Shown: in pieces, positions 49,426 to 55,899 of the stretch | Layout: each line of letters opens with the position of its first letter | How positions within the stretch are numbered: the stretch's first letter is position 1 | Origin: an uncultured Bacteroidales bacterium | Lineage (GTDB): Bacteria; Bacteroidota; Bacteroidia; Bacteroidales; P3 | DNA: 64,000 nt | NCBI GenBank assembly: GCA_900314725.1 | Contig: OMWJ01000010.1 | Coordinates: forward strand, 63,156 to 127,155 | Direction of reading: 5' to 3' | Position numbers and translations under genes: made by a program | Notes under the pieces: model-generated | The model's input: only the letters and a program-made list of their open reading frames with translations | What the model was told of the DNA's origin: nothing | The model's database searches: none

Positions 49426-50055
49426 ATGAGATTACCAGTCTTTGAAATGTTCTATTCTGTTCAGGGTGAGGGAGAAAATACAGGTATGCCTGCATATTTT
49501 GTTCGTCTTGCCGGTTGCAATGTTGCTTGTCCTTTTTGCGATGAGAAAAAAGCATGGAGCAAGGACAACTCCAAACTTATGGATACTGCGGAAATAGTAG
49601 ATACCATACTCAAGTCCAAAGCAAAGAATGTTGTCATAACGGGAGGAGAACCTACAATATATGACCTAACCGAACTTACTGAAAAACTAAAAGAAAAGAA
49701 CATCAAAATATTCTTGGAGACTTCAGGAGTAAATGAAGTAAGAGGACTTTTTTCTCACATCACCCTTTCTCCTAAACAACATCTTCTACCCCTTTGCAAG
49801 AAAGATTCAGATTATAGCAAAGAAGTATTTGCTTCCAGAGTAGATTCTTTGAAAGTAGTTATCTCGTCCAAGTCTGACTTTGCTTTCGCTGAGAGAATGA
49901 AAGACTGCTTAAAGAAAGAGAGCTCCTGTTCATTATTTCTACAACCCGAATGGAACAGAAAAGAGACAATAATTCCAGAAATAATAGACTATATAAAACA
50001 GCATCCAGAGTGGAATCTTTCCTTACAGACACATAAATACATAAATGTAAAATAA
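49426..50055 (+). CDS. queE: 7-carboxy-7-deazaguanine synthase (radical SAM)
   Basis: FYSVQGEGENTGMPAYFVRLAGCNVACPFCD (CxxxCxxC). The start is set at MRLPVFE (49426), because the ATG at 49414 lies only 8 nt after the -7 box. Confidence 0.85.
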   Translation: MRLPVFEMFYSVQGEGENTGMPAYFVRLAGCNVACPFCDEKKAWSKDNSKLMDTAEIVDTILKSKAKNVVITGGEPTIYDLTELTEKLKEKNIKIFLETSGVNEVRGLFSHITLSPKQHLLPLCKKDSDYSKEVFASRVDSLKVVISSKSDFAFAERMKDCLKKESSCSLFLQPEWNRKETIIPEIIDYIKQHPEWNLSLQTHKYINVK

Positions 50056-50161
50056 AAATCAAAACATCATAATCTTGTAATAACCAAAAAAATAAATCTC
50101 TCAAGAAACATAAATCAAAAAAAATATCTTTCAAAAATTTGGTCATAATAAAAAAAGGTTA

Positions 50162-50169
50162 TAATTTTG
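50162..50169 (+). promoter_or_regulatory. -7 box upstream of tRNA-Phe
   Basis: TAATTTTG lies 21 nt before the tRNA 5' end. Confidence 0.45.
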
Positions 50170-50190
50170 CAAACGCAAAGGTAAGATGAT

Positions 50191-50263
<73 letters not shown>

Positions 50264-50271
50264 CATAAAGA

Positions 50272-50304
50272 AAGAGATTCTTTATTTGAAGAGTCTCTTT
50301 TTTT
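50272..50304 (+). terminator. Terminator after tRNA-Phe
   Basis: 11-bp stem AAGAGATTCTT / AAGAGTCTCTT (one G.U pair) with loop tatttg, running into a T-run. Confidence 0.7.
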
Positions 50305-50382
50305 GTATGATTAAGTTAATACAATTCTTCGCATCAATACAAAAGACACAAAAAACTCTATATCAAAACTTTAGGCTTATCC

Positions 50383-50488
50383 AAAAATGTCTTCGTTTTC
50401 GCAAAAAAAGAGTTGGTTTTAATTTTTTAAAACCAACTCTTTACACCCTAAACATCAAGAGTTAAAAAATTAAAACGAAGACTTTTTA
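50383..50488. repeat. Dispersed composite A-run/T-run mini-hairpin repeat, locus D (nested palindromic arrangement)
   Basis: The outer inverted repeat is gtcttcgtttt (50389-50399) / aaaacgaagac (50472-50482). The inner 13-bp palindrome is gagttggttttaa-tttt-ttaaaaccaactc (50410-50439). The shared 26-mer is at 50434-50459. Confidence 0.75.
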
Positions 50489-50683
50489 AAACACATAAAA
50501 CCAAAAACATTAACTTGCTTCATTTCATATACTTTTTTTTTACGGACAACTGTCTTAGTCGTTCATCTTTAATGTTCTTTCAATACTATTTATTTTGTAT
50601 ATCTGATATCTCTTTACTACTGTTCATAAACTTCTATTTTCAACATATCTGCCCTCTTAAATAAATTAATTAATTATAAGTAA

Positions 50684-52114
50684 TCAGAAAGTCAGAAATT
50701 GATTACACTTGACTTTCAAACCGCTGTCATAGTTAAACAATATATCAGAGTTAGGATATATTTTCTTTAATTCATTATAGATACTCAGTCTTCTTGCCTT
50801 ATCTATGTCGGAGTTATAATAGATAAACAACAACTTGTCATTCTTATGACTTGAGACAAAACACTCTCTACAAAAATAATCATCAAAAACTATAACACCC
50901 TCATAGTCTTTTAGTTCTATAGATACTTCATTATTTTTCTTATCGGTAAAAATCATTTTGGTTTGACTAAAGTTCAATATATCTGAAAAGTATAAATCTA
51001 CGGAATAGACAATCTTTTCTTGTGCGTCATCCAATTTCGTGGTATAATCAACAAACATTCCTTGTGAAAACAGAGGTATATTCATTGTTGGGATTAAAGC
51101 TGTAAAAGGAGAATCTGTCCCGTATTTCGGAAAAGAAAGTATAACTTGCTTGTCGTGTGTCGCCATATTAAGTTTTATAATATCGCAAGTATCTACACCT
51201 CTTCTTTGAGTAAAGATAATAAGACTTGTATTGTCAATGAAACTATGCTTGAAATTGGAATAATAATCTAATATGTTCAACTTATCCAATAGCATTATTA
51301 TACTTTTTGAATATTCAGGCGAAATTATCTTTTGATTTACAGATACATTTGTATCCAAAAGATGTTGTGTTTTTTTATAATCCTCATTGAGTTGGAATGC
51401 TATACTATCAACTAATTCCAAATCATAATCGTACAAATAAACTTTTGGCTCTATTGTATTGATAAAAGAAATATAGTTTTCATTACTTGAAAATGCATTA
51501 TATATGTCATAATAATGAAGCAATATAGAATTTCCTGCATAAATATTTTTTTGTTTAAGGATTTTATGATTTTGTATATCATACAATGAAATAATATATG
51601 ACTTCTCTTTATTAAAAACCTGACTTGACAATACAAGTTTGCCATTTTTGTAGCCTACAATAGTAGATAAACGTGTCTCTGGTTTTAGTTCTTTGAAATC
51701 ATAACAACTGTTGAATTCAAAATGTTTGTTTCTCTTGATATAAGTAATCAATCCTTTACCAAAAGAAATAAATAAGGTGTCATTAATGTAATAAACAGAA
51801 TTAGCTAATATCACGGGATAATAATAGGACGTATCATTATTCTCAGTAATATATGAAGACAATATATTATTTATACTATCTAATACTATAGTGTCTTCTT
51901 CTATAGTCGCAAGATAAATATAAGGAGTTTGCTCATATTCCTCCAGTAATAAAAGCCTTTCATCTGTGTTGGTGTTTATTTTTGCAATAGAACTATTGTC
52001 TGTTTCTCTAAAAAATAAATCAAAACTCTGCTTTTTCTCCTGTGCAACCGCATTATAAACAAGCAAAAGTATGCATACCAAAAAGCATGCATACTTTATG
52101 ATTAATTTATTCAT
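50684..52114 (-). CDS. Hypothetical secreted protein (476 aa), no recognised family; degenerate CxxC thioredoxin-like C-terminus
   Basis: Signal peptide MNKLIIKYACFLVCILLLVYNAVAQ. The body is Y/N/I/S-rich and beta-rich in appearance. The C-terminus has GVIVFDDYFCRECF...LLFIYYNSD. Confidence 0.6.
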   Translation of the reverse strand: MNKLIIKYACFLVCILLLVYNAVAQEKKQSFDLFFRETDNSSIAKINTNTDERLLLLEEYEQTPYIYLATIEEDTIVLDSINNILSSYITENNDTSYYYPVILANSVYYINDTLFISFGKGLITYIKRNKHFEFNSCYDFKELKPETRLSTIVGYKNGKLVLSSQVFNKEKSYIISLYDIQNHKILKQKNIYAGNSILLHYYDIYNAFSSNENYISFINTIEPKVYLYDYDLELVDSIAFQLNEDYKKTQHLLDTNVSVNQKIISPEYSKSIIMLLDKLNILDYYSNFKHSFIDNTSLIIFTQRRGVDTCDIIKLNMATHDKQVILSFPKYGTDSPFTALIPTMNIPLFSQGMFVDYTTKLDDAQEKIVYSVDLYFSDILNFSQTKMIFTDKKNNEVSIELKDYEGVIVFDDYFCRECFVSSHKNDKLLFIYYNSDIDKARRLSIYNELKKIYPNSDILFNYDSGLKVKCNQFLTF

Positions 52115-52176
52115 GGTAATATGTTTTCAAATTCAGTACTACGCAAATCCATTTCATAAACGCCATTTTAGAGGAA

Positions 52177-52560
52177 TCAATCTTTATCATTTCTCTCATA
52201 CCATCTATTTTTATAATCAGAATACAAGACAACATAATACTTAGTACTCGTATCATCTATTTTATTACAAGTGTATAAACCTATGTATTTAAATTGTTCT
52301 ACATTTGCTTTATGGCATACTTCATCAATAGCTCTTTCCATACTAAGACTATCGTATGGATAAAAGAGTACATTGATATCTCGTTGATTTCTCTTGGATA
52401 TTGTATCAAGAAATACTTTTGTTCCATTGTCAGACTTAGAAATAAATATTTCCCTATCTACATGTACAACATACGTACCTCTGACAAGCATTTGCTTGTC
52501 ATTGCTACATGACCATAACAATAAAAATGATGAGACGATAATTATTTTAACTATTTTCAT
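52177..52560 (-). CDS. Hypothetical lipoprotein (127 aa)
   Basis: Signal peptide with lipobox LLWSC. No recognisable domain. It lies 62 nt upstream of the 476-aa gene on the same strand. Confidence 0.55.
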   Translation of the reverse strand: MKIVKIIIVSSFLLLWSCSNDKQMLVRGTYVVHVDREIFISKSDNGTKVFLDTISKRNQRDINVLFYPYDSLSMERAIDEVCHKANVEQFKYIGLYTCNKIDDTSTKYYVVLYSDYKNRWYERNDKD

Positions 52561-52594
52561 AAAATTTAGTTTTTACGTGATACACATTCTACAC

Positions 52595-52602
52595 TACATT
52601 TG
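52595..52602 (+). promoter_or_regulatory. Candidate -7 box on the strand opposite the genes, 53 nt before element copy 1
   Basis: TACATTTG on the + strand. No + strand CDS follows. Confidence 0.3.
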
Positions 52603-52654
52603 CCAACAAGCTTACTATCTTTATTCTGTCTTTTACAATTTATTAATTATTCTC

Positions 52655-52820
52655 TCCTACTCATTTAAAGGCTTTTCGGAATCCTCCTTTTTATTTAAAC
52701 GTTATTTAATATGATTTATTTTCATTGCACAATGATAAGTGCGATTATGCGAACATTCAATGTATGTTTGACGCTATTACAATTGTTTTTCTTCACCGCT
52801 GTTCATATTTCCTCCTTTCG
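52655..52820. repeat. Conserved ~165-bp non-coding intergenic element, copy 1
   Basis: Aligns end to end with 53362-53525. Contains hairpin A (52724-52745), hairpin B (52749-52774) and two CCTCCTTT boxes (52683-52690, 52811-52818). Confidence 0.8.
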
Positions 52821-52850
52821 TGTTCTAAAAAATATTATATATATAAGTAC

Positions 52851-52895
52851 GCAAAAACGACAAAAGTTCTACACCGTTTTTGTAACTATTTTTTC
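52851..52895 (+). terminator. Weak candidate hairpin/T-run downstream (+ strand) of element copy 1
   Basis: cAAAAACG-15 nt-CGTTTTTg, then aactaTTTTTT. The stem is A/U-rich, so this is weak. Confidence 0.25.
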
Positions 52896-52907
52896 ATATT
52901 CTTAATC

Positions 52908-53342
52908 TTATATATTTATATTAAATGTTTCTATGAGCAATCCTTGTCTATATATTTCAACAGTATAATTACCTTGAGGTATATTTTTTATTATATAACT
53001 ATAAGTCCTTCCGCATATACAGTTCGCTTCATACGTACTTGGATTAATAGGAATCTCTTCTACATGCAACGTATCCGCAGTAATAGATACTTCTATATTG
53101 ATGCTTTCTATACTGCAATTAAAACTACCACTATTATTTATGGAGAGACTATTATCCTGTACTACATAGCCAAATTCAGATGTTGATTTATTATAGCAAC
53201 TACTAAAATAGGTTATTTTTCCAACTATACCTTTTTTAGAATCTTTTTCTTTGTCATCACTGCAACTAACGGTTGCTAAACCTAAATTTACTACTGCAAA
53301 GAATAGAAAAAGTATCTTTGCGAGATTTTCTAATTTCTTCAT
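52908..53342 (-). CDS. Hypothetical Cys-rich lipoprotein (144 aa)
   Basis: Signal peptide with lipobox ATVSC and five further Cys residues. No similarity to the 127-aa neighbour is visible. Confidence 0.55.
   Translation of the reverse strand: MKKLENLAKILFLFFAVVNLGLATVSCSDDKEKDSKKGIVGKITYFSSCYNKSTSEFGYVVQDNSLSINNSGSFNCSIESINIEVSITADTLHVEEIPINPSTYEANCICGRTYSYIIKNIPQGNYTVEIYRQGLLIETFNINI
53313..53320 (+). promoter_or_regulatory. Candidate -7 box on the strand opposite the genes, 42 nt before element copy 2 (inside the 5' end of the 144-aa CDS, antisense)
   Basis: TATCTTTG on the + strand. No + strand CDS follows. Confidence 0.3.
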
Positions 53343-53361
53343 TTTTTATGTTTTTTATTTT

Positions 53362-53525
53362 TCCTACTCTATTAAAGGCTTTTCGGAAACCTCCTTTTTA
53401 TTTAAACGTTATTTAATATGATTTATTTTCATCGCACGATGATAAGTGCGATTATGCGAAACATTCACTGGATGTTTGACGCTATTGCAATAATTTTTAA
53501 CTGCCATTCATATTTCCTCCTTTCG
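53362..53525. repeat. Conserved ~165-bp non-coding intergenic element, copy 2
   Basis: Aligns with copy 1. Contains hairpin A (53431-53452), hairpin B (53456-53482) and CCTCCTTT boxes (53390-53397, 53516-53523). Confidence 0.8.
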
Positions 53526-53554
53526 CATTATCAAAAAAAATGCTTTATGAATTT

Positions 53555-53612
53555 ATTTGCATTGCACGATAATAAGTGCAATTATGCGAAACGTCCATTC
53601 AGGAGACACTGC
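53555..53612. repeat. Partial third copy of the element core (hairpin A plus degenerate hairpin B)
   Basis: tttatttgcattgcacgataataagtgcaattatgcgaaacgtccattcagg aligns with tttattttcatcgcacgatgataagtgcgattatgcgaaacattcactgg of copy 2. Confidence 0.7.
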
Positions 53613-53707
53613 AAAAAGGGTAAAAACTTGCAGTTAAAAATCAATTATTTTTTCGAAAAGTTTTTAATCTATTGATTTATACAGAGAAAAATTCTTATTT
53701 ATTTTAA

Positions 53708-53761
53708 ATAAACAAGAAACTTATTCTTTGATAACTTTCTTTGTTTATGAACTTCTTTTTT
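53708..53761 (+). terminator. Candidate hairpin/T-run downstream (+ strand) of element copies 2-3
   Basis: Imperfect ~19-bp inverted repeat ataaacaagaaacttattc / gataactttctttgtttat, then gaacttcTTTTTT. Confidence 0.3.
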
Positions 53762-53868
53762 AATAAACATTCTTTAATAGATATTCTTGTACATTCGTGC
53801 GAAGCACGTTTAACCTGCCATGCTCGCCAAGTATCAATTCAAATGTTTTAGTTTTTGGTTCTTGTTTT

Positions 53869-53895
53869 GCGAAAGTCCATTCAGGACTTTGACGC
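53869..53895. repeat. Isolated hairpin-B-type module (fourth copy)
   Basis: gcgaaagtcc-attca-ggactttgacgc has the same GCG...GA-CGC frame as hairpin B, with a different but still complementary inner stem. Confidence 0.6.
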
Positions 53896-53924
53896 TTATT
53901 TTCTTCTAAAGAAAATGAACTAAT

Positions 53925-53967
53925 AAAAATAAAAAAAGTGTCTTGCAGAAAGACTACAAGACACTTT
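53925..53967 (-). terminator. Terminator after the C69 dipeptidase gene
   Basis: 11-bp perfect stem AAAGTGTCTTG / CAAGACACTTT, followed on the minus strand by TTTTTTTaTTTTT. Confidence 0.8.
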
Positions 53968-53988
53968 GTATATTATGTTTGATTAGAA

Positions 53989-55755
53989 TTATTCTCCTAA
54001 GTCTTTGATTACATCACCGTGGTCCTTTACTATCATTCTGTACCAATCAGCAGGATAAGCAGGTTGCATTGGAAATACTGCATCACCTTTTCTGAATCCT
54101 GTTTCTTCAAACTTGCCATCTTTTTCTTTCTTGATGTTGCCATCAATATATTTTACTAAAAGATAGTTGTATAAGTTTGACCATTCGTTGAATGTTTGTT
54201 CTGCTTTAGCAAGAGAGAATTTTGTTAGCTCATTTCTCATCTGGCTTTCAGTCATATTCTTTATTCTTGCATCCAATTTATTCACCTCTTCAACAAAGGA
54301 ATTCTCCAAACGAGATTGAACCTTTTGCAAATCTACGATCATATCACTCCAACGAGTATAGACAAAGTTAGATACCTGATTGAATTTCCAGAAAGCAGAT
54401 GTCGGAGAATATTCTGTCATAGAACCATTACCTTCTTTGAAGTTAATAGGTGTTTCATTTATGGAAGAATACATTGGAACATAGACAGTAGTGTAAGTGT
54501 CATCTACGCCAAACCAAAGAATACCTTTTGCTTTTGCAGGCATCCAACTGCGAGTCTGTGCAACAAAAGAGAAGCCTGTCTGTTGAGTTGAAGTAGCTCT
54601 TTCGTGAATGTATTTTTGTCCATCAACTTCCCAATTCATAGGTCTCCATCTGTAAGGACATTTGAAAGGACCTGCTCCCAAATCCTTAGACATATCCATA
54701 GGAGTGCCTTGATAGTAGTCGCGCATTAGGGCCATAGCTTCATTAACAGAAATCTTATGATCTGGTTTTATCCATAGTGGCATACGGTTCTTTAAGTTCT
54801 TACCCATAGCGTATGATTCATATTGTTTCATATTGCCATTGACTCTGTTGAACATAGCATATACTCTTGCTTCACATCCCCTTGCACCAGAGAAAGTCAA
54901 AGGAGCGTATGTGTCAGAGAAAGAAAAGTCTTCATCTTTACCGTTGTACCAGCCTTTTATTCTTGCGAACTCTGCAACATCTTCTGCATAGACTGTCTCT
55001 ACTTCAGGGCGGAAGATTTCTTTAAGATTTTTAGAAGAGATACTTACAAAAGATCCTTTCTTTTGCCAAGGGAAAGTAGTGATACGTGCCTGATTAGCAT
55101 GACCACAAACATATCCGTCAGGTATTCTTCTTGCAACCCACACAGCACCTTTAGTCCATTTTTTGTTGGCTTTTATGGATTTTACATTACCTTTCTTATC
55201 TTTTATTGTATCCATTACAGGTTTTCCTTTGCCGATAAGTTCCATAATCCAAACTTCATCACCGTCAGCAATAGAAAAACTCTCTCCTTCTGAAGCATAT
55301 CCGTATGTTGCCATAAATTCTGCGATGGTTTTTATAGCTTCTCTGGCTGTTTTTGCTCTTTGAAGAGTAAGATAGATAAGAGAGCCATAGTCAATACCAT
55401 TGCCTAAATCCCAGCATTCTTCTCTACCTCCGTATGTTGTTTCACCTATGGTAAGTCCCCATTCGTTCATATTTCCAACAGTAGTATAGGTTTGTGCTAC
55501 CTGCGGAATTTTGATAAGGGGTTTGCCGGTGTCCCATTCTATTACCTGAATCATAGTTCCTGCTGCATATTGTGCTGCACGAGTGTAGTACAATTCTCCA
55601 TAAAGGGTATGAGAATCAGCAGCGTATGTAATCATTGTTGAACCGTCTTTTGTTGCACCCTTAGTAAAAAGAAAATTAGTGCAAGCCTTGGTTTGAACTG
55701 TTGCTAACATAGTAGTAGCAACAAAAAGGATGATAAAAATGTTTCTTTTCTTCAT
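53989..55755 (-). CDS. C69 family dipeptidase
   Basis: 588 aa. A signal peptide is followed by the N-terminal nucleophile context KACTNFLFTKGATKDGS. Length and composition fit peptidase C69. Confidence 0.85.
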   Translation of the reverse strand: MKKRNIFIILFVATTMLATVQTKACTNFLFTKGATKDGSTMITYAADSHTLYGELYYTRAAQYAAGTMIQVIEWDTGKPLIKIPQVAQTYTTVGNMNEWGLTIGETTYGGREECWDLGNGIDYGSLIYLTLQRAKTAREAIKTIAEFMATYGYASEGESFSIADGDEVWIMELIGKGKPVMDTIKDKKGNVKSIKANKKWTKGAVWVARRIPDGYVCGHANQARITTFPWQKKGSFVSISSKNLKEIFRPEVETVYAEDVAEFARIKGWYNGKDEDFSFSDTYAPLTFSGARGCEARVYAMFNRVNGNMKQYESYAMGKNLKNRMPLWIKPDHKISVNEAMALMRDYYQGTPMDMSKDLGAGPFKCPYRWRPMNWEVDGQKYIHERATSTQQTGFSFVAQTRSWMPAKAKGILWFGVDDTYTTVYVPMYSSINETPINFKEGNGSMTEYSPTSAFWKFNQVSNFVYTRWSDMIVDLQKVQSRLENSFVEEVNKLDARIKNMTESQMRNELTKFSLAKAEQTFNEWSNLYNYLLVKYIDGNIKKEKDGKFEETGFRKGDAVFPMQPAYPADWYRMIVKDHGDVIKDLGE

Positions 55756-55836
55756 ATACTATATTTTTAATAATTAATTCAAAAAAATGAACAAGTATTT
55801 AAATAACGTTTATATATGTTTATTATTTTACACAAG

Positions 55837-55874
55837 ACAAAAAAAATAACCCTGCATAATTCAACAGAGTTATT
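55837..55874 (-). terminator. Terminator after the ppiD-like gene
   Basis: Stem AATAACcCTG / CAGaGTTATT (9 of 10 bp), followed on the minus strand by TTTTTTTT. Confidence 0.65.
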
Positions 55875-55899
55875 TCTTTTTATTGAAATTAATAAGATT

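Noticed and set aside
52711-52905. The + strand ORFs 52711-52905 and 53418-53675 both begin MIYFH(C/R)TMISAIMR, which looks like a duplicated small protein.
   Set aside because: The shared peptide is only the translation of the conserved element core. A 1-nt indel (gcgaacatt vs gcgaaacatt) puts the two ORFs in different frames after about 15 codons, and the remainders are unrelated and low-complexity. The conservation is at nucleotide/structure level, not protein level.
52725-53186. A 153-aa + strand ORF antisense to the 144-aa lipoprotein gene.
   Set aside because: Its composition is implausible (runs of Y/I/F/C), and it has no signal peptide or motif. It starts inside the repeat element. 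The opposite-strand ORF has a clean lipoprotein signal peptide.
53500-53530. A strong SD (AAAGGAGG) plus ATG on the minus strand inside each element, suggesting a leader peptide.
   Set aside because: The mini-ORFs differ completely (MNGS* at copy 2, MNSGEEKQL* at copy 1). No peptide is conserved; only the GGAGG box is.
52655-53612. An integron-like cassette array (CALIN), meaning small unrelated ORFs separated by structured recombination sites.
   Set aside because: There is no integron integrase in the window. I could not find the R''/R' core sites (RYYYAAC...GTTRRRY). The copies are conserved in primary sequence over ~165 bp, whereas attC sites are conserved mainly in structure. I keep this only as a remote alternative.
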